From positions 38,324,290 through 38,388,289 of the forward strand of contig NC_068994.1 in the NCBI RefSeq assembly GCF_001194135.2: a stretch of 64,000 nucleotides of DNA. The letters are read 5' to 3'. Position 1 is the first letter of the stretch. Each line of letters begins with the position of its first letter. The notes beneath the pieces are model-generated. The model was not told where the DNA came from and did not search any database. It saw only the letters and a list, made by a program, of their open reading frames with translations. This DNA is from Octopus bimaculoides (lineage: Eukaryota). Positions 14,273-27,608 of this stretch are shown here, one piece after another. A program made the position numbers and the translations under genes.

Positions 14273-15992
14273 GGAGAAAGCCTTTGACAGGGTCCCCGAT
14301 CCGTTATCTGGTGGTCAATGAGGAAACTAGAGATAGATGAATGGTTAGTGAGAGCTGTACAGGGACTCTGTCAGTAAGGGTCGGCAACGAGTAGAGGTAG
14401 GAGTCCACCAAGGTTCAGTTCTCAGCCCCACTCCTATTTATCATAGTCCTCCAGGCAATAACAAGGAATTCAAGCCAAGATGCCCCTGGGAGCTCCTCTA
14501 TGCTGATGACTTTGCTCTAATTGCTGAGTCACTATCAGAACTAGAGGGGAAGTTTCAGGTGTGGAAGCAAGGATTAGAATCGAAGGGCTTTAGAGTCAAC
14601 CTAGCTAAAACCAAATTCCTAATAACTAGAAAGGCAGACAAACCACAAACCCCTTCAGGTAGATGGCCCTACTCAATCTGAAGAAAAATCATAGGTAGAA
14701 ATTTTATAAGATGTACCCAGTGTAAGCTATGGACATATAAGAGGTACAGCAATATCAAAGGAAGGCTAACTAGGAAGATAGTTTTTGTTTGTGCCAGATG
14801 TTCAGGAGCAATAAACACTGAAAATGTACAGAGAACAACTTCTGTCACATTCCAGGGAGAAAAACTAGAAGTAGTTGATTCCATTACCTAGGTGACCAAG
14901 TTAGTAGCAGGGGTGGTAGCTCTGAAGGTGTAGCTGCTAGAATAAGAATAGCCTGGGCAAAGTTCAGAGAGCTCTTACCTCTGCTGGTGACAAAGGGCCT
15001 CTCACTCAGAGTAAAAGGCGGACTCTATGACACATGTGTACGAACAGCCATGCTACATGGCAGTGAAACATGGGCCATGACTGCTGAGGACATGCGTAAG
15101 CTTGTAATGAATGAAACCAGTATGCTCCACTGGATGTGTAATGTCAGTGTGCATACTCAACAGAGTATAAGTGCCTTGAGAGAAAAGTTGGACCTAAGAA
15201 GCAAGAGAGACAATTGCGCTGGTATGGTCAAGTGGTACGAATGGAGGAGGATAGCTGTGTGTAAAAGTGTCACACCCTAGCAGTAGAGGGAAACTGTGGA
15301 AGAGGTAGACCTAGGAAGACCTGGGATGAGGTGGTAAAGCACGACCTTCGAGCATTAGGCCTCACTGAGGCAATGACTAGTGACCAAGACCTTTGGAAAT
15401 ATGCTGTGCTTAAGAAGACCCGGGAAACCAAGTGAGACCATAATCGCATCCAGTGGTGTAACCAGCCCACTTAGGCATACCTTTCTTTCATCGGACACTA
15501 AACTATGCTTGTAAAGAACTGTTGAGGCAAGTGAAATCGAAATCAAATTCAATGACAGTACCGCATGACTGGCATCTGTGCCAGTGGACCGCAAAGAGCA
15601 CCATCTGAGCGTGATCGTCACCAGGGCCGCTGACTGCCCCCCCTCCACCCCCGTGCCGGTGGCATGTAAAAAGCACCACCTTACTGGCACTTGTGCCGGT
15701 GGTATGTGGAAAACAACATTTGAGCAAGGGCGTTGCCAGTGCCGCTGGAATGGCTCCTGTGCAGGTGATACGTAAAAACACCATTTGAGTGTGGCCATAA
15801 CCAGTACCGCCTGACTGGCCCTCAAGCCGGTGGCATGTAAAAGCACTCACTACACTCTCGAAGTGGTTGGCATTAGGAAGGGCATCCAGCTGTAAAAACT
15901 CTGCCAGATCAGATTGGAGCCTGGTGCAGCCAGTCAAACCGTCCAACCCATGCCAGCATTAAAAGTGGACATTAAACAATGATGGTGATGAT
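14273..15992 (+). mobile_element. 5'-truncated RTE-clade LINE (RT domain, Cys-rich insert, 3' UTR and GAT-repeat tail), frameshifted
   Basis: EKAFDRV, VHQGSVLSP, CPWELLYADDF, TAMLHGSETWA motifs. Tail CATCCAACCCATGCCAGC..GATGGTGATGATG. Confidence 0.9.
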
Positions 15993-16534
15993 GTGTGTAT
16001 TTATACATACATGTATTTACATATATATAATTAAATTAAATCAAGTGTATAAAATTGTCTTAAAGGGATATTAGCATCTAAGTTCCCCAGTTTTATCCAG
16101 TGTATCAGTGAAAAACCAATGATGTTAGTTTTGCATTGATGGCTATGGATATATTACCATTTCTGTAGGAGAAAAAGAAAACAGAGAAAGCGATATATAG
16201 ACAATTTATTAGCATGTCTTTAATTTTGAGCTATATCAGACCCATTGCACTGACAATTGTTTCTATGCCCAACCAATTTAATTTGAGAAATGAAATTAAA
16301 TTCAATTTTCATATTGAATATCGTTAATTGGGCATTTCGTCAGGGGAAGAATTTAAAAGGAACTATATTCCAATGTGTTCTTTGACCCTTGTTAGACTCA
16401 GATATGTGTGTTTCAGCAACCAATGTATTTAAAACGGTTACTTGTGTATATGCAAATTAGTTAATACATTTGTTCACGTATACGTGTAATGTGTTGATAA
16501 ACAAAAGTATCTGTTAGCTGAAATAATACTTTGA

Positions 16535-18955
16535 TACATGCTTCACCACCTCACCACATGTCTTCCTGGGTCTCCCTCTATCCCAGATTCCTTCCACTAT
16601 TTGGGAATGGCACTTCCTCACACAGCTCTCCTCATCCATCCATAGTACATGACCATACCAATGCAAACGTCTTTCTTGCATGCCACATCCAATGCTTCTT
16701 ATGTCCAACATTTCTCTCAGGGTGCTTATACTCTGTCGTGTGTGCACACTAACATTACACATCCAGCAGATCATGCTAGCTTCATTTCTTTCGAGCCTAC
16801 ACATGTCCTCCGCAGTCACAGCCCATGTTTCACTGCCGTGAAGCATGGTAGTTTGCACACATGAATCATACAATTTACCTTTCACTCTGAGTGAGAGGAA
16901 CTTTGTCACCAGTAAGGGTAGAAGCTTTCTGAATTTTGCCCAGATTATTCTTATTCTAGTGGTAACACTCTCTGAGCATCCACCCCACTATGATAGCGGA
17001 AGCTATCAGTTACTTTTAGTTTCTCCCCCAGGCATGTGATAGAATCTGTTTTCTGAGCATCTTTGGTGTTTATTGCCTCTGTGCATCTGCCGCACATGAA
17101 AGCTATCTTCCCGGTTAATCTTCTTTTGATGTTGCTGCACCTCTAGTGTCCATAACTTAGAAAGGGTACATCTTATGGAGTTTCTACCTACACCTTTTCT
17201 ACAGATTGAGCAGGGCCACCTACATAAAGGGTGTGTGATGTGTTCGCCTTCCTACTCATTAGAACTTTGGTCTTTGCAACATTGACTCTAAGGCCCTTCG
17301 ATTCTAAACCTTGCTTCCACAACTGAAATTTTTTCTGTAGTTCTGGTAGTGATTCTGCTATGAAAGCCAGGTCATCAGCATAGAAGAGCCCCCAGGGGCA
17401 ACCTGTCTTGAATTCCTCTGTTATTGCCTGGAGAACTATGATGAATAAGGGGGGCTGAGGGCTGATCCTTGGTAAACTCCTACTTCTACCCGATACTCAT
17501 TGCCAACCCTAACCTTACTAACAGCATCTCTGTATAGGGCCTGTACAGCCCTTATTGACCATTCGTCAATCCCCAGTTTCTGCATCACCCACCAGATAAA
17601 GGCTTTCTCCAAGTTCACAAAAGCCAAGTACAGGGTTTTATCTTTGGCTAAGTATTTCTCCTATAGTTGCCGTACCAAGAATATAGCCTCAGTGGTGCTT
17701 CTACCTGGCACAAAACCGAACTGCATCTCATCTAAGCAGATTCTCTCCCTAATTAGTTAGGCTGTGACCCTCTCCAGCAGTTTGATACCCCTGTAGTTAT
17801 TTCTATCTAAAGCATCACCTTTACCCTTGTAGCAGTTGATTATGGTGCTGCTACGCCAGTCATTGGGTATGACTCCATCATGAACTACCTGGTTTACAAT
17901 ACAGGTGACTAGGTCATAGCCCACACCACCAGATGTTTTAAGCATCTCAGCAGTGATTCCTAATGGGCTGGGGGCTTTTTCTGGCTTCATACTCTTAATT
18001 GCTTTATCTACCAGGGTACTGTCTATTCGGACAGCTGGTCCCACTACTGGGTCAACATTTGGCAGGCTCTCCTCCTCCCAAACATTCTCGACGTTCAGCA
18101 GTCTTTTATAATGGCTTCTCCATGCCTCTTTCTTTTCTGAATCATTAAATGCAGACACATTTCTCTCCTGTGACATCACAATTTTCTCACACACACTGTC
18201 TTGCAATCCAAAATACTTCAGTTCTTTGGTCCTCACGTCGCTGGACATTGGCAAACTTTTTCTTTTCTGCCTTGCCCTTGGCTATGTATACCTGTCGCCC
18301 AGCCTCCCTTCTGGCTATCTGGTACAGTTCCCTGCTACCCCAACCCTTCCAGGCTCTCCAGGCCTGTTTCTTTACTCTAATGGCTTTGTCTGCTGTATTA
18401 TTCCACCACCACATTACTCTATGTCTGGAAAGGACTATGCACCATTCGCATACTTGGTCTGTGGCACTCAGTAAGCTGTCCTGTAGGAATTTCCAGCTAC
18501 CTTCTATGTTCGAGGTCTGTAGCTCCTCCTCCCTCTCATCAAATTTCTTGATGAGGATGTCCCTAAATCCCTGACCATGTGAAGGGTGCTTTAGCTTCCA
18601 AACCCTTCTTTTCTGGATTGGTCTGCTTCTTGGCATCCTTCTGGCCTTGACGTAGGGTTGCTCTTAAATACAAAGACGTCCTGCTGTCTGGTGAGGATGA
18701 AATCAATCTGGCTAGCAGAGTCACCTGATTGGTAGGTTATCAGGTGGTTGTCTGGCTTCCTGTAGTTAGCGTTGCAGATTAAAAGGTTACTTGCATAACA
18801 GAACTCCAGTAGCCTAGTTCCCTCATCATTTCGAGAACCAATATCATGGACCCTGTGCACACACCAGTGAAGATACCAAATTGCTGCCCAACATGCCCAT
18901 TAAAATCTCCAGCCACAAAGATGAGGTCATTGCCACTCATCTTTGAGGTAGCCTG
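16535..18955 (-). mobile_element. Degenerate RTE-clade LINE (APE endonuclease C-terminus plus RT)
   Basis: GDFNGHVG, TRLLEFC..SQIDFILTR, KGKGDALDRNNYRGIKLL, AFVNLEKAF, TTMLHGSETWAVT. Same family as the plus-strand copy at 14273-15992. Confidence 0.9.
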
Positions 18956-19015
18956 TTCTAATAAATTAATGTCTATATATCAATTTCTCCATTTTCTTTT
19001 TCTCATACAAAAATG

Positions 19016-19050
<35 letters not shown>

Positions 19051-19052
<2 letters not shown>

Positions 19053-19431
19053 CATCGTGGCATTCTGCCAGTTACAATGATGAGGGTTCCAGTTGATCCA
19101 ACCAATAGAACAGCCTGCTCATGAAATTAACGTGCAAGTGGCTGAACACTCCACAGACACATGTACCCCTAACATAGTTCTCAGGGAGATTCAGTGTGAC
19201 ACAGAGTGTGACAAGGCTGGCCCTTCAAAATACAGGTAGAACAGAAACAGGAAGAAAGAGTGAGAGAAAGCTGTAGTGAAAGAGTACAGCAGGGTTCACC
19301 ACCACCCCCTGCTGGAGCCTTGTGGAGCTTTAGGCGTTTTTGCTCAAGAAACACTCACAACACCCGGTCTGGGAATTGAAACCATGATCCAACAACCATG
19401 AGTCCGCTGCCCTAATAACTGCGCCATTGCA
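19051..19431 (-). mobile_element. Second tRNA-derived SINE family, near full length
   Basis: tRNA-like head (TGGCGCAGTTATTAGG..GGTTTCAATTCCC) plus body GGCCAGCCTTGTCACACTCTGTGTCAC..CAGCCACTTGCACGTTAATTTCA, shared with the copy at 24659-24972. Confidence 0.75.
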
Positions 19432-19807
19432 CTTTCACATATATATACATATATATACATATATATATATATATGCACAAACACATATACACACTACTAC
19501 TTTTTGTTTTATTTAAGCAAATTTAGAAAAATAAATTTTCTTCGACTGTAATGCACACACATTTGTGGTGACACTCCAAATGAAAGAGATGTTTAACAGC
19601 ATAAAATGAAGATCTCTCACTCGTAAAATGTAGTGTTTTTTTAAAGATATTAACACATTTTCTATCTAAAACTTTTATTACAAGTGTTTAGCTTGCAACT
19701 AAAATTGTAATAGAAACTAGTTGAAAATGTTAAGCACCAGGATCAAACTCAGTATTTTAACATTGCTTACTAAAATTCTTTGGAGAAAATTCTTTATTGA
19801 AACTTAC

Positions 19808-19948
19808 CTCATCATGTCCAGCACTACCGACACTCCAACCATGACTACTATCTGTGTGCGAAGACAACGTTGACATTTCAGTGATTTCATCAGCATTGTT
19901 TAGTTCTCTGTAACTTAGAGACATGCTTTCTTCTCTTGGAATAAACAT
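19808..19948 (-). CDS. Pcdh: Pcdh gene F exon 3 (141 nt, phase 0 to 0): MFIPREESMSLSYRELNNADEITEMSTLSSHTDSSHGWSVGSAGHDE
   Basis: tttctag|ATG acceptor and GAG|gtaagt donor. Homologous to the five other exon 3 copies. Confidence 0.85.
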
Positions 19949-20253
19949 CTAGAAACATAAAATAGATACATTGTATGCCATAATATTTCATCATGGTATT
20001 ATTGTCATTTATAATCTCTCATTTTGCTTTTAAGCTGAAATATTTTAGAAATCTTGTGAGTCAGTAAAGAAAATTAAAGAGTAATTTAGAATCTACATTT
20101 TTAAGAAAAGAATTAAGCAAATGGAAAAATAATTTTTCTTTTATATTCTGCAACACAGCTTCAAAGGTTCTTGGTTAATTACAGCCAGCTTTATTGTTAA
20201 CACTGGAATGTTGAAAGGAGAAATATTTTGAAATTAAAAGAAAATTATCTTAC

Positions 20254-22644
20254 CTGTTGATGATGTCTTAATGTTGGGTTATCCCATCTTTCACCTGGCA
20301 TGGTTCTGTAGTGAATATCTTCTCTATCTACCATTGGTTGTTGAGATTTCTTCAGGTTTTTCTCTATTGTGTACTGAACTCCAGGAGGAACACAAGTAGG
20401 ATCAAATGTGTATTTTGATTGGATGTTTAATGTAGGCGTAACTTTATGGTACATATCAACACTACTATTATAGTTGCTATCTGTCTGCTTCAGTCTATGA
20501 ACTATACAGATTGTTATAGAGATCACTATAACAATTGATACTATCACAGCTGCTATAACAATAACAATCATCACATTCAATTGGTGACCATTACTTGATT
20601 CTGTTGTTGTCTTTGAAGGGGTCTTAAAAAACTTTATTGTGTTGTTACTAACTGTTAGAGTCAAAGACAAAGTTGTTGTTGATGACAGGACTGGATTACC
20701 ACTGTCTTTCACACCTAATTCCAGTTCATAGAATCCAGCATCATTTTGGTAAAGTGAGCGAGAGAAAGATAAGACACCAGAGTGATGGTTCATTTGAAAT
20801 AAGTGTTTCTCATTGCCTTTGAGTATTTCATATGTGAGGAAGGCATTGTGTTGACTGTCTCTGTCAGAGGCCCTAACAACTGTGATATCATGGTCAGAGT
20901 TGGGATGGTAGTGGACATTAAGATTGAAAGGGTTAACATTAGGGAAACTGAAATAGGGAGCATTGTCATTTAAATCTATAACCTCAACAACAACATTTGC
21001 TGTGTTCTCCAGTGATGGTGTTCCTTTATCTTTTACTAAAACCTTAAACTCATACATGTTCTTTTCTTCTCTGTCTAGTGACTCAGTTGTGGAAATAAAT
21101 CCCACATCAGATATCTGAAATGGTAGAATATATTTACCATTAGATAACAAAGAATAGGTTAATTGTCCTCCATCTCCAATATCTGGGTCTGTAGCATTGA
21201 CATATCCAACAGGGAAGTCTTTGTGTTCATTTTCATAGGTGAGAAACTTAAATGTGTCCTGACTAAACTGAGGCTGTACATCATTTATGTCAGTGACCAT
21301 CATAGAAAACTGTTTCTCTACTGTCAATGGAGGTAAACCATTATCTTGACATTTAATTGTGAAATCAAATCTCTTCTCACTCTCTCTATCTATTTCACTC
21401 TTGACAACAATTTTGTATGTCTTTAAAGACAATGAGATTAGCTGAAGATATCTGTTTTGTAAATGACAGGTCACGTGTCCATTTTCTCCACTGTCATTGT
21501 CAGTAACTTTGACATAAGCAACATTTTTGCCAATACGAATTGCTTCTGACATTCTACCCATGTTTCCAGTTGACTTAGAGAAAAGACAGACATCAATGTT
21601 TGGTGGATTATTAAGATGACTGACACCATTTACAAAAACAGTGACAGCTGTTGACATTGAAGGATTACCATTATCTCTTGCTTCAATAAACAATTTATTG
21701 ATTTTTCCAAATTCAAATCCTTCCTTTATAAATAATTCTCCAGATGTATGATTTAAAATAAAGAATTTCTGATCTTTATCAGAGGTGTCAGGATTGAATC
21801 TATATAGAACTTGTCCATTATTTCCTTGATCTAAGTCTGTAGCAGTCAAACTTAGAATAGGTTTATATTTGCTTTGTGGTTCTGCTACTGTCACATTGTA
21901 GATATTCTGAGGAAATACAGGTGGATTATCATTTTTATCTCTCACCAATATATGAATGTCTAAATGTGTTTGCATTGGTGGTGTTCCTCCATCTGTTGCT
22001 ATTAATTGCAGTTGGTAATTTTCTTTCTTTTCTCTGTCTAGATTTTGAAGCAAAATCAATTCAATTTTACTTTTACTGTTTGAAGGTGTTGAGACTGACA
22101 ACTTAAATGCTTTGTCAGTATCATTCCTTAGTTTATAAGAAATCTTTGAGTTCTGAATACTGACATCTTTATCAATCGCATTTGGAATGATTTCTTTTGT
22201 TCCTATCAATATATTTTCATCGTATTGCAAGTGGAATTCTTTCTCTGGAAATATGGGATAATTATCATTAACATCTTCTATCATAACTTTGATTTTTATT
22301 ATCTTCATAAAAGAATGCTCATACCGAACTGCTATTTTCAATATCCTGAAACATTCTTCATCATATTGACAAAGAGTTTCTGTATCCAATATGGCAGCTG
22401 TATACAGTTGTCCTCCAGGTGTAACATTGAATAACTGAACAGTTCCCTCAGTACTACCCTGGAGTACATTAAATGTTAGTTTGTTGCTATCATTGTGAGA
22501 CTCTATATTATCCAATAAGTGTGTATCAGTGACAATATCTCCAATATAGCTGTGTGTATCATTATTCTCTTTCACATGGTACATATGATCCACACACCAA
22601 CAATTATTAGGCAGCAATAACAACAAGAGTAATATCTTATTCAT
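20254..22644 (-). CDS. Pcdh: Pcdh gene F large exon (797 aa: signal peptide, EC1-EC6, TM, juxtamembrane tail)
   Basis: Gap-free ORF with cadherin motifs (DVNDNYP, LDRE, DKNDNPP, DINDVQP, DLNDNAP), a C-X5-C motif in EC1 and TM LNVMIVIVIAAVIVSIVIVISITICIV. Donor CAG|gtaaga at 20254. Probable acceptor ttttatattgcag| at 22658; ATG at 22644. Confidence 0.95.
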
Positions 22645-22973
22645 TTTCTTGTGATTATCTGCAATATAAAAAAATTGCATTGAATATGATAAATAATGAC
22701 AAATATATAAAAATACACTTCATATTAATTACTACTCAGTGGTTTTTAAATCAATTTCTAAACTTAATACTAGTAGTTATGTTTTAATGAAAGGCACACT
22801 TCTGAATATTAAAAGAATACATGAGGTCAGATGATAATGACTGTTGCTAACTGCAAGTATCTTGGAGCAGAAATATGTTGCTGAATTATATATATATACA
22901 CTGCATTATACACAAAACGTCTTATGATCAGTCTTGTACTTTAAATGATCAAAATTAACCCATTATTTCTGCC

Positions 22974-23009
<36 letters not shown>

Positions 23010-23437
23010 TAGCTGGACCCACGGAAGCTTCACGGAAAACAAAAAATGTAAGCATCTGTAAATTATGTGCTGGTGTCATGAGAAAGATTTCTATATTGTG
23101 ACACAGAATACAGAAAGCAGCGTAAAACTGATAACTAAATAATCCAACCAAAATATCTCAGTTAGGCAAACAATTACTATTTAGCCTTAAAATACATCAT
23201 ACATATTCAATGGACTTTCTTGGTTTAGTGGTACAGAACATTCTTCTGGCATTCTTTTATTCTTTTACTTGTTTCATTCATTTGATTGTGGCCATGCTAG
23301 AGAAATTGACCCCTGAACTTATTCCCTGTAAGCCTGGTGCTTATGCTATCAGTCTCTTCTGCTGAACAGCTAAGTTATGGGGACGCAAACACACCAACAT
23401 CAGTTGCCAAGCAATGGTGGTGGGAGGAGAAACACAA

Positions 23438-23469
<32 letters not shown>

Positions 23470-24658
23470 TAAAGTACAGATGAGGTTATATAAACTTCAG
23501 AGGAATAAAAATATCCAAGATTAGAATGGTTAAATACCTTATTATATAGGCAAAAACACACATATATATTGTTATTGTAAAAACCAAGAGAGATGGAGAT
23601 AAGATTAACAAAAAATTTTTGCATGGGCATGTCTGCATTAACATTATTGTTAGTTATATTAATTTATGACAATAACTATTTTTATAGCTGTATATATTTT
23701 TATATTATGTATTAATTTTAATGGTACACTGTATTTTCCCTGTTTGCTTATTCAACATTTCTATTATGTTTTCAGTATGTTATATATAAATTTCTTTGTA
23801 CATTCTTCCTTGGTGATGTTCTGGCTTATAATAATTAACCAAATGATTTAATTAAATTCAATTTGATTGATTTTATGCTATAAGTGAGGAATTGAAACAA
23901 TTGTAGGTCTTGTCAATGTATTACTAAATTTTTATTAATCTTATCTCCATCTTCTCTCTTGGTTTATTTATTTATTTATATATATATATGATGGGCTTCT
24001 TTCAGTTTCCATCAATGAAATCCATTCACGAGGCTTTGGTTGGCCTGAGGCTATAGAAGACACTCTTTAAAGTATAGAGATGAATGTTGTGTAGTTACCT
24101 ATTGGCAACTTTTCTCTCCCACTCATTTTGTAGGGGGTGTTACCCATTTTTCTGGGCTCTTTTCACAGCTATACACCATTCAAAATTTGCATTAGTTTTT
24201 GTATGAAAGAAAATGGAAGGGAGTGGGGCTCATTTGTAGTTTGTAGAGGAAACATTAAATCCTCATCATCATCATCGTCGTTTAATGTCTGCTTTCCATG
24301 CTGGCATAGGTTGAACGAAGTCTTTGACTTAGGGCTGGCAAGCCAGAAGGCTGCACCAGGCTCTGTGCCTGAAAAATAAACATGGTCTTTTCTTCCAAAC
24401 TAAAAGACATGCAGATTTATGAAAGATGGTGAATAAGTACTGGGGGTAGGAGAAAGATAGAATTAACAGTTGATCATTCTAGAACTCCCAGAATGAAAAC
24501 ACCTGAAAGACTTTCCCCTCTATTCATTACTAAATGTCTTTCCTTCTTCATTGTTAAAAGTAAAGAAGCTAGAAAAGATCAATCGTATTTCAGTTTAATT
24601 GTCATTTTAAATGCTTGAGGCTTTCCTTTCTCCTTTTCTCTACAGTTAAGAGAATGAA

Positions 24659-24972
24659 GGTGCGTGGCTCAGTGGTTCGGAGTATTTGGCCCATGATTGT
24701 AAAGTCATGAGTACGATTCCCAGGGGCATACTGTGTTCTTGAGTAAGGTACTGCACTTCACCTTACTGCAGTCCACTTAGCCGGCAAAAATGAGTTGTAA
24801 CTGCAATTCAAAGGAGCCAGCCTTGTCACATTCTGTGTGAGGCTGAATCTCCCCGAGAACTACATTATGGTACGCATGTCTATGGAGTACTCAGCCACTT
24901 GCACATTAATTTTATGAGCAGACTGTTCTGTTGATCAGATAAACAGGAACCTTGTTGTAACCAATGGAGGAA
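24659..24972 (+). mobile_element. tRNA-derived SINE (same family as 19051-19431)
   Basis: A-box TGGCTCAGTGG, B-box-like GAGTACGATTCC and the shared body sequence. Confidence 0.7.
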
Positions 24973-25651
24973 ATGTTTCATATTGTATATGTGTTTAGTA
25001 TAAGCAGTGAAAGCTAAGATGAAATAATTACTATTCCATCATGTAGTGACATCACCCTCAATTCATGCTCATAAAAATCCAAATTTTTTGTAAAATTTCT
25101 TGAAGTGACTTGCATCACAGTAAATATATAATCTGGTAGTTTTGTCTAAAGGGTATTACATCACAAGTCAAAACACTGTCAGTAATCTCATTGTCATGCT
25201 AAACACATAGTAAATTTATTGTGACACTGAAAATATTAAATGCTTAGGAATGTTAAGGATAAGCAAAAGTGAAACTAAATAAAAACAGCAAACTTTAGTT
25301 GGTTACAATAAGTTACTTAAACCAAAACCTCTCTCATCATCATCATTTAATGTCCGTTTTCCATGCTGGCATGGGTTGGAGAGTGTGACTCAAAACTGGT
25401 AAACTAAGGAGCTGTACAAGGTTCCAATCGGATTTGGCATGACTTCTACAGCTGGATGGCCCTGTTTTCTTAACCTATTGTAAACAATATTACTTTGATA
25501 ATTAGCAATAGAAATGTATAATGAAATAACTGAGTATTTTATTAACTTCAATGTAATAGTATTGAAGTTATTACATTGCCTCTGTTACTGATATTATGGA
25601 GATGTACTTGCATAGCAAGTGACCTGATCTGAGATCGTGTGCTGGAACAAA

Positions 25652-25916
25652 AACAATTGCAGCGTGGAAGGTGTTTATAAGCCATTTAAAATAATACATA
25701 AAAGCCGTCAGATTCACTTCAACATTTAAATTTAATTTGTCAAAATATTTTCGTCGCTTTGAGACCTCAACCTGTTAGCGCAATTTTGTCAGTGAACAGG
25801 TCGCAGTCTCAAAGCGACGAAAATATTTTGACAAATTAAATTTAAATGTTGAAGTGAATCTGGCTTTTGTGTGTTATTTTAAATGGCTTATAAACACCTT
25901 CCACGCTTCAATTGTT
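25652..25916. mobile_element. Foldback element with ~120-bp near-perfect inverted arms
   Basis: AACAATTGCAGCGTGGAAGGTGTTTATAAGCC...CGTCGCTTTGAGAC is mirrored by GTCTCAAAGCGACG...CCTTCCACGCTTCAATTGTT. TGTTACTGATATT is repeated at 25583-25595 and 25913-25925. Confidence 0.8.
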
Positions 25917-26005
25917 ACTGATATTGTTTTATAAATATGTTGACTAACAGAAATTATAAAATAATCAAATTATATTGAACAAAAATAATATAAATAAGTA
26001 CTTAC

Positions 26006-26223
26006 CAACAGTTATCAGATGTTTATACAGTTGTCACAGTACTATTTCAAAGTTCTTATTGTTCTAGCTGGACTTATGAAAAGTTTGGTATGTGATAGTG
26101 TTATGCAGTTCTATCAAGTTGGGTGTATAGTATGTGTGTAGTAGCCAATGACAAGCTATTATTCCAATGCAAGAAAACGGATGTGCAGCCTCCAGTTCTT
26201 GCAGTTATTGATGGGCTGACTCA
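26006..26223 (-). promoter_or_regulatory. Gene F promoter block and non-coding exon 1
   Basis: TGACTCA 26217-26223, CGGATGT 26178-26184, AGCCAATGA (CCAAT 26145-26149) and donor CTGTTG|gtaagt at 26006. The block recurs upstream of every large exon. TSS not determinable. Confidence 0.75.
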
Positions 26224-27261
26224 CACACTAGTTCACTTAACTCCACACACTAACATACACAAGTGTATGAGTGTATAAGTAAAATGTACAAAATTAAATC
26301 ACTGGAAATATTTGATGTTCAGAATACTAAGGTTGAGAAATAGACTAGCATGGAAAATTATAATATTAAATATTTGTGAGATGCTGGATAAAAATTTAAA
26401 AAATCTTTTCAGCAAGTTTTGTATTAAAGAGTAATAGACAATTTCTAAAGCCACGCTTAATATGGTAAGCCTAAGATGTATTCCCATAAAAATAAATATG
26501 GAAATAAAATATGAATTAAAAATACAAATGTTTAGAATTTTTATAAAGTTACATTTAGGAATTACGAAACAGTAGCTCTAAATAAACAGATATTAAAGTA
26601 AGAGTGACTCGTCTTTAAAATGAATATTCGTAAGAAATTCATAAAATTTGATCGTTAGTCACAATTTTTCCCTTTTCATTAAAGATATTCATGTTATATA
26701 GTATCGTAACGCTAAGTTTGTCAAGGTATTTAGTATAAAGATAAGACGTAGTCGAAATATAAATATTCATTAAGAATATTTCGAATTTAATTCCCTAAAT
26801 AGCCGAAAATATATATTTAACGCTAATTTAAGTAAATTTTATTGAAAGTTTCGTGATTATTTACGTTATCAAAATTTATATATTGAAGAAATTGTTCAGA
26901 AAGTTTCGTCGTTAATATATATATATTTTTTTTTTAATGGAAGCAATATTCAAGGGAGGTAACTGTTAAAAACTGTTATACAAAGCAATCAGTAATAGAA
27001 ATCAGGAATTATATTACTGAACGGGCTTATATCTCACACACATTCCAGAATTCGTAAAACACGAGAGTGTGTGTGTGTGTGTGTGTATATACATACACAC
27101 ACACACACACACACCTGTGTTTACAAATTCTAAAATATACGGCTCTTGTTTTCTGTCGAAGATAAATTTTCAGGAATATCATTCAATACTTCAAAATAAT
27201 GGTAGTAACCGTTTCTTTAGGGTTTAAGTAATACCTTATTGATGACAATAATATTTTAATG

Positions 27262-27608
27262 TTAATGTAATGGTGTGGTGTTGTTTGGTGTAGATAGAAT
27301 AGGTACCTGAACTATTGAAGGTACCTTTGGTAGTGTTGTTACTTTAGGTACAGCTGGTAGAGGTGGTTTATTATTTGAAGTAAAGAGACTTGTCATTGGC
27401 ATTGTAGATGGTTGTTCAGTTATATGAGATGTGGTACCAGTTATATTCAAAGGTATTTGGTCAGGATGACAGACTGTGTTAGTATCAACGTTTGGATGGT
27501 AAGTATATCCATGGCATCCATTGTTATTATCTCCCCTCGATCTATCCAGTGAATGTGAAAGTTGTTTTCTCCTATTCCATTTATGTTCAATTTGGTAACG
27601 ACACAGAT
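27262..27608 (-). CDS. Pcdh: Pcdh gene E terminal exon (phase 1): DLCRYQIEHKWNRRKQ...KPPLPAVPKVTTLPKVPSIVQVPILSTPNNTTPLH*
   Basis: tttctag|ATCTGTGT acceptor. 347 nt = 2 nt + 115 codons including TAA. Homologous to the A-D terminal exons. Confidence 0.85.

Noticed and set aside
23007-23040. Second Helitron 3' end (ACTAGCTGGACCCACGGAAGCTTCACGG)
   Set aside because: The hairpin is imperfect and no matching 5' end was located.
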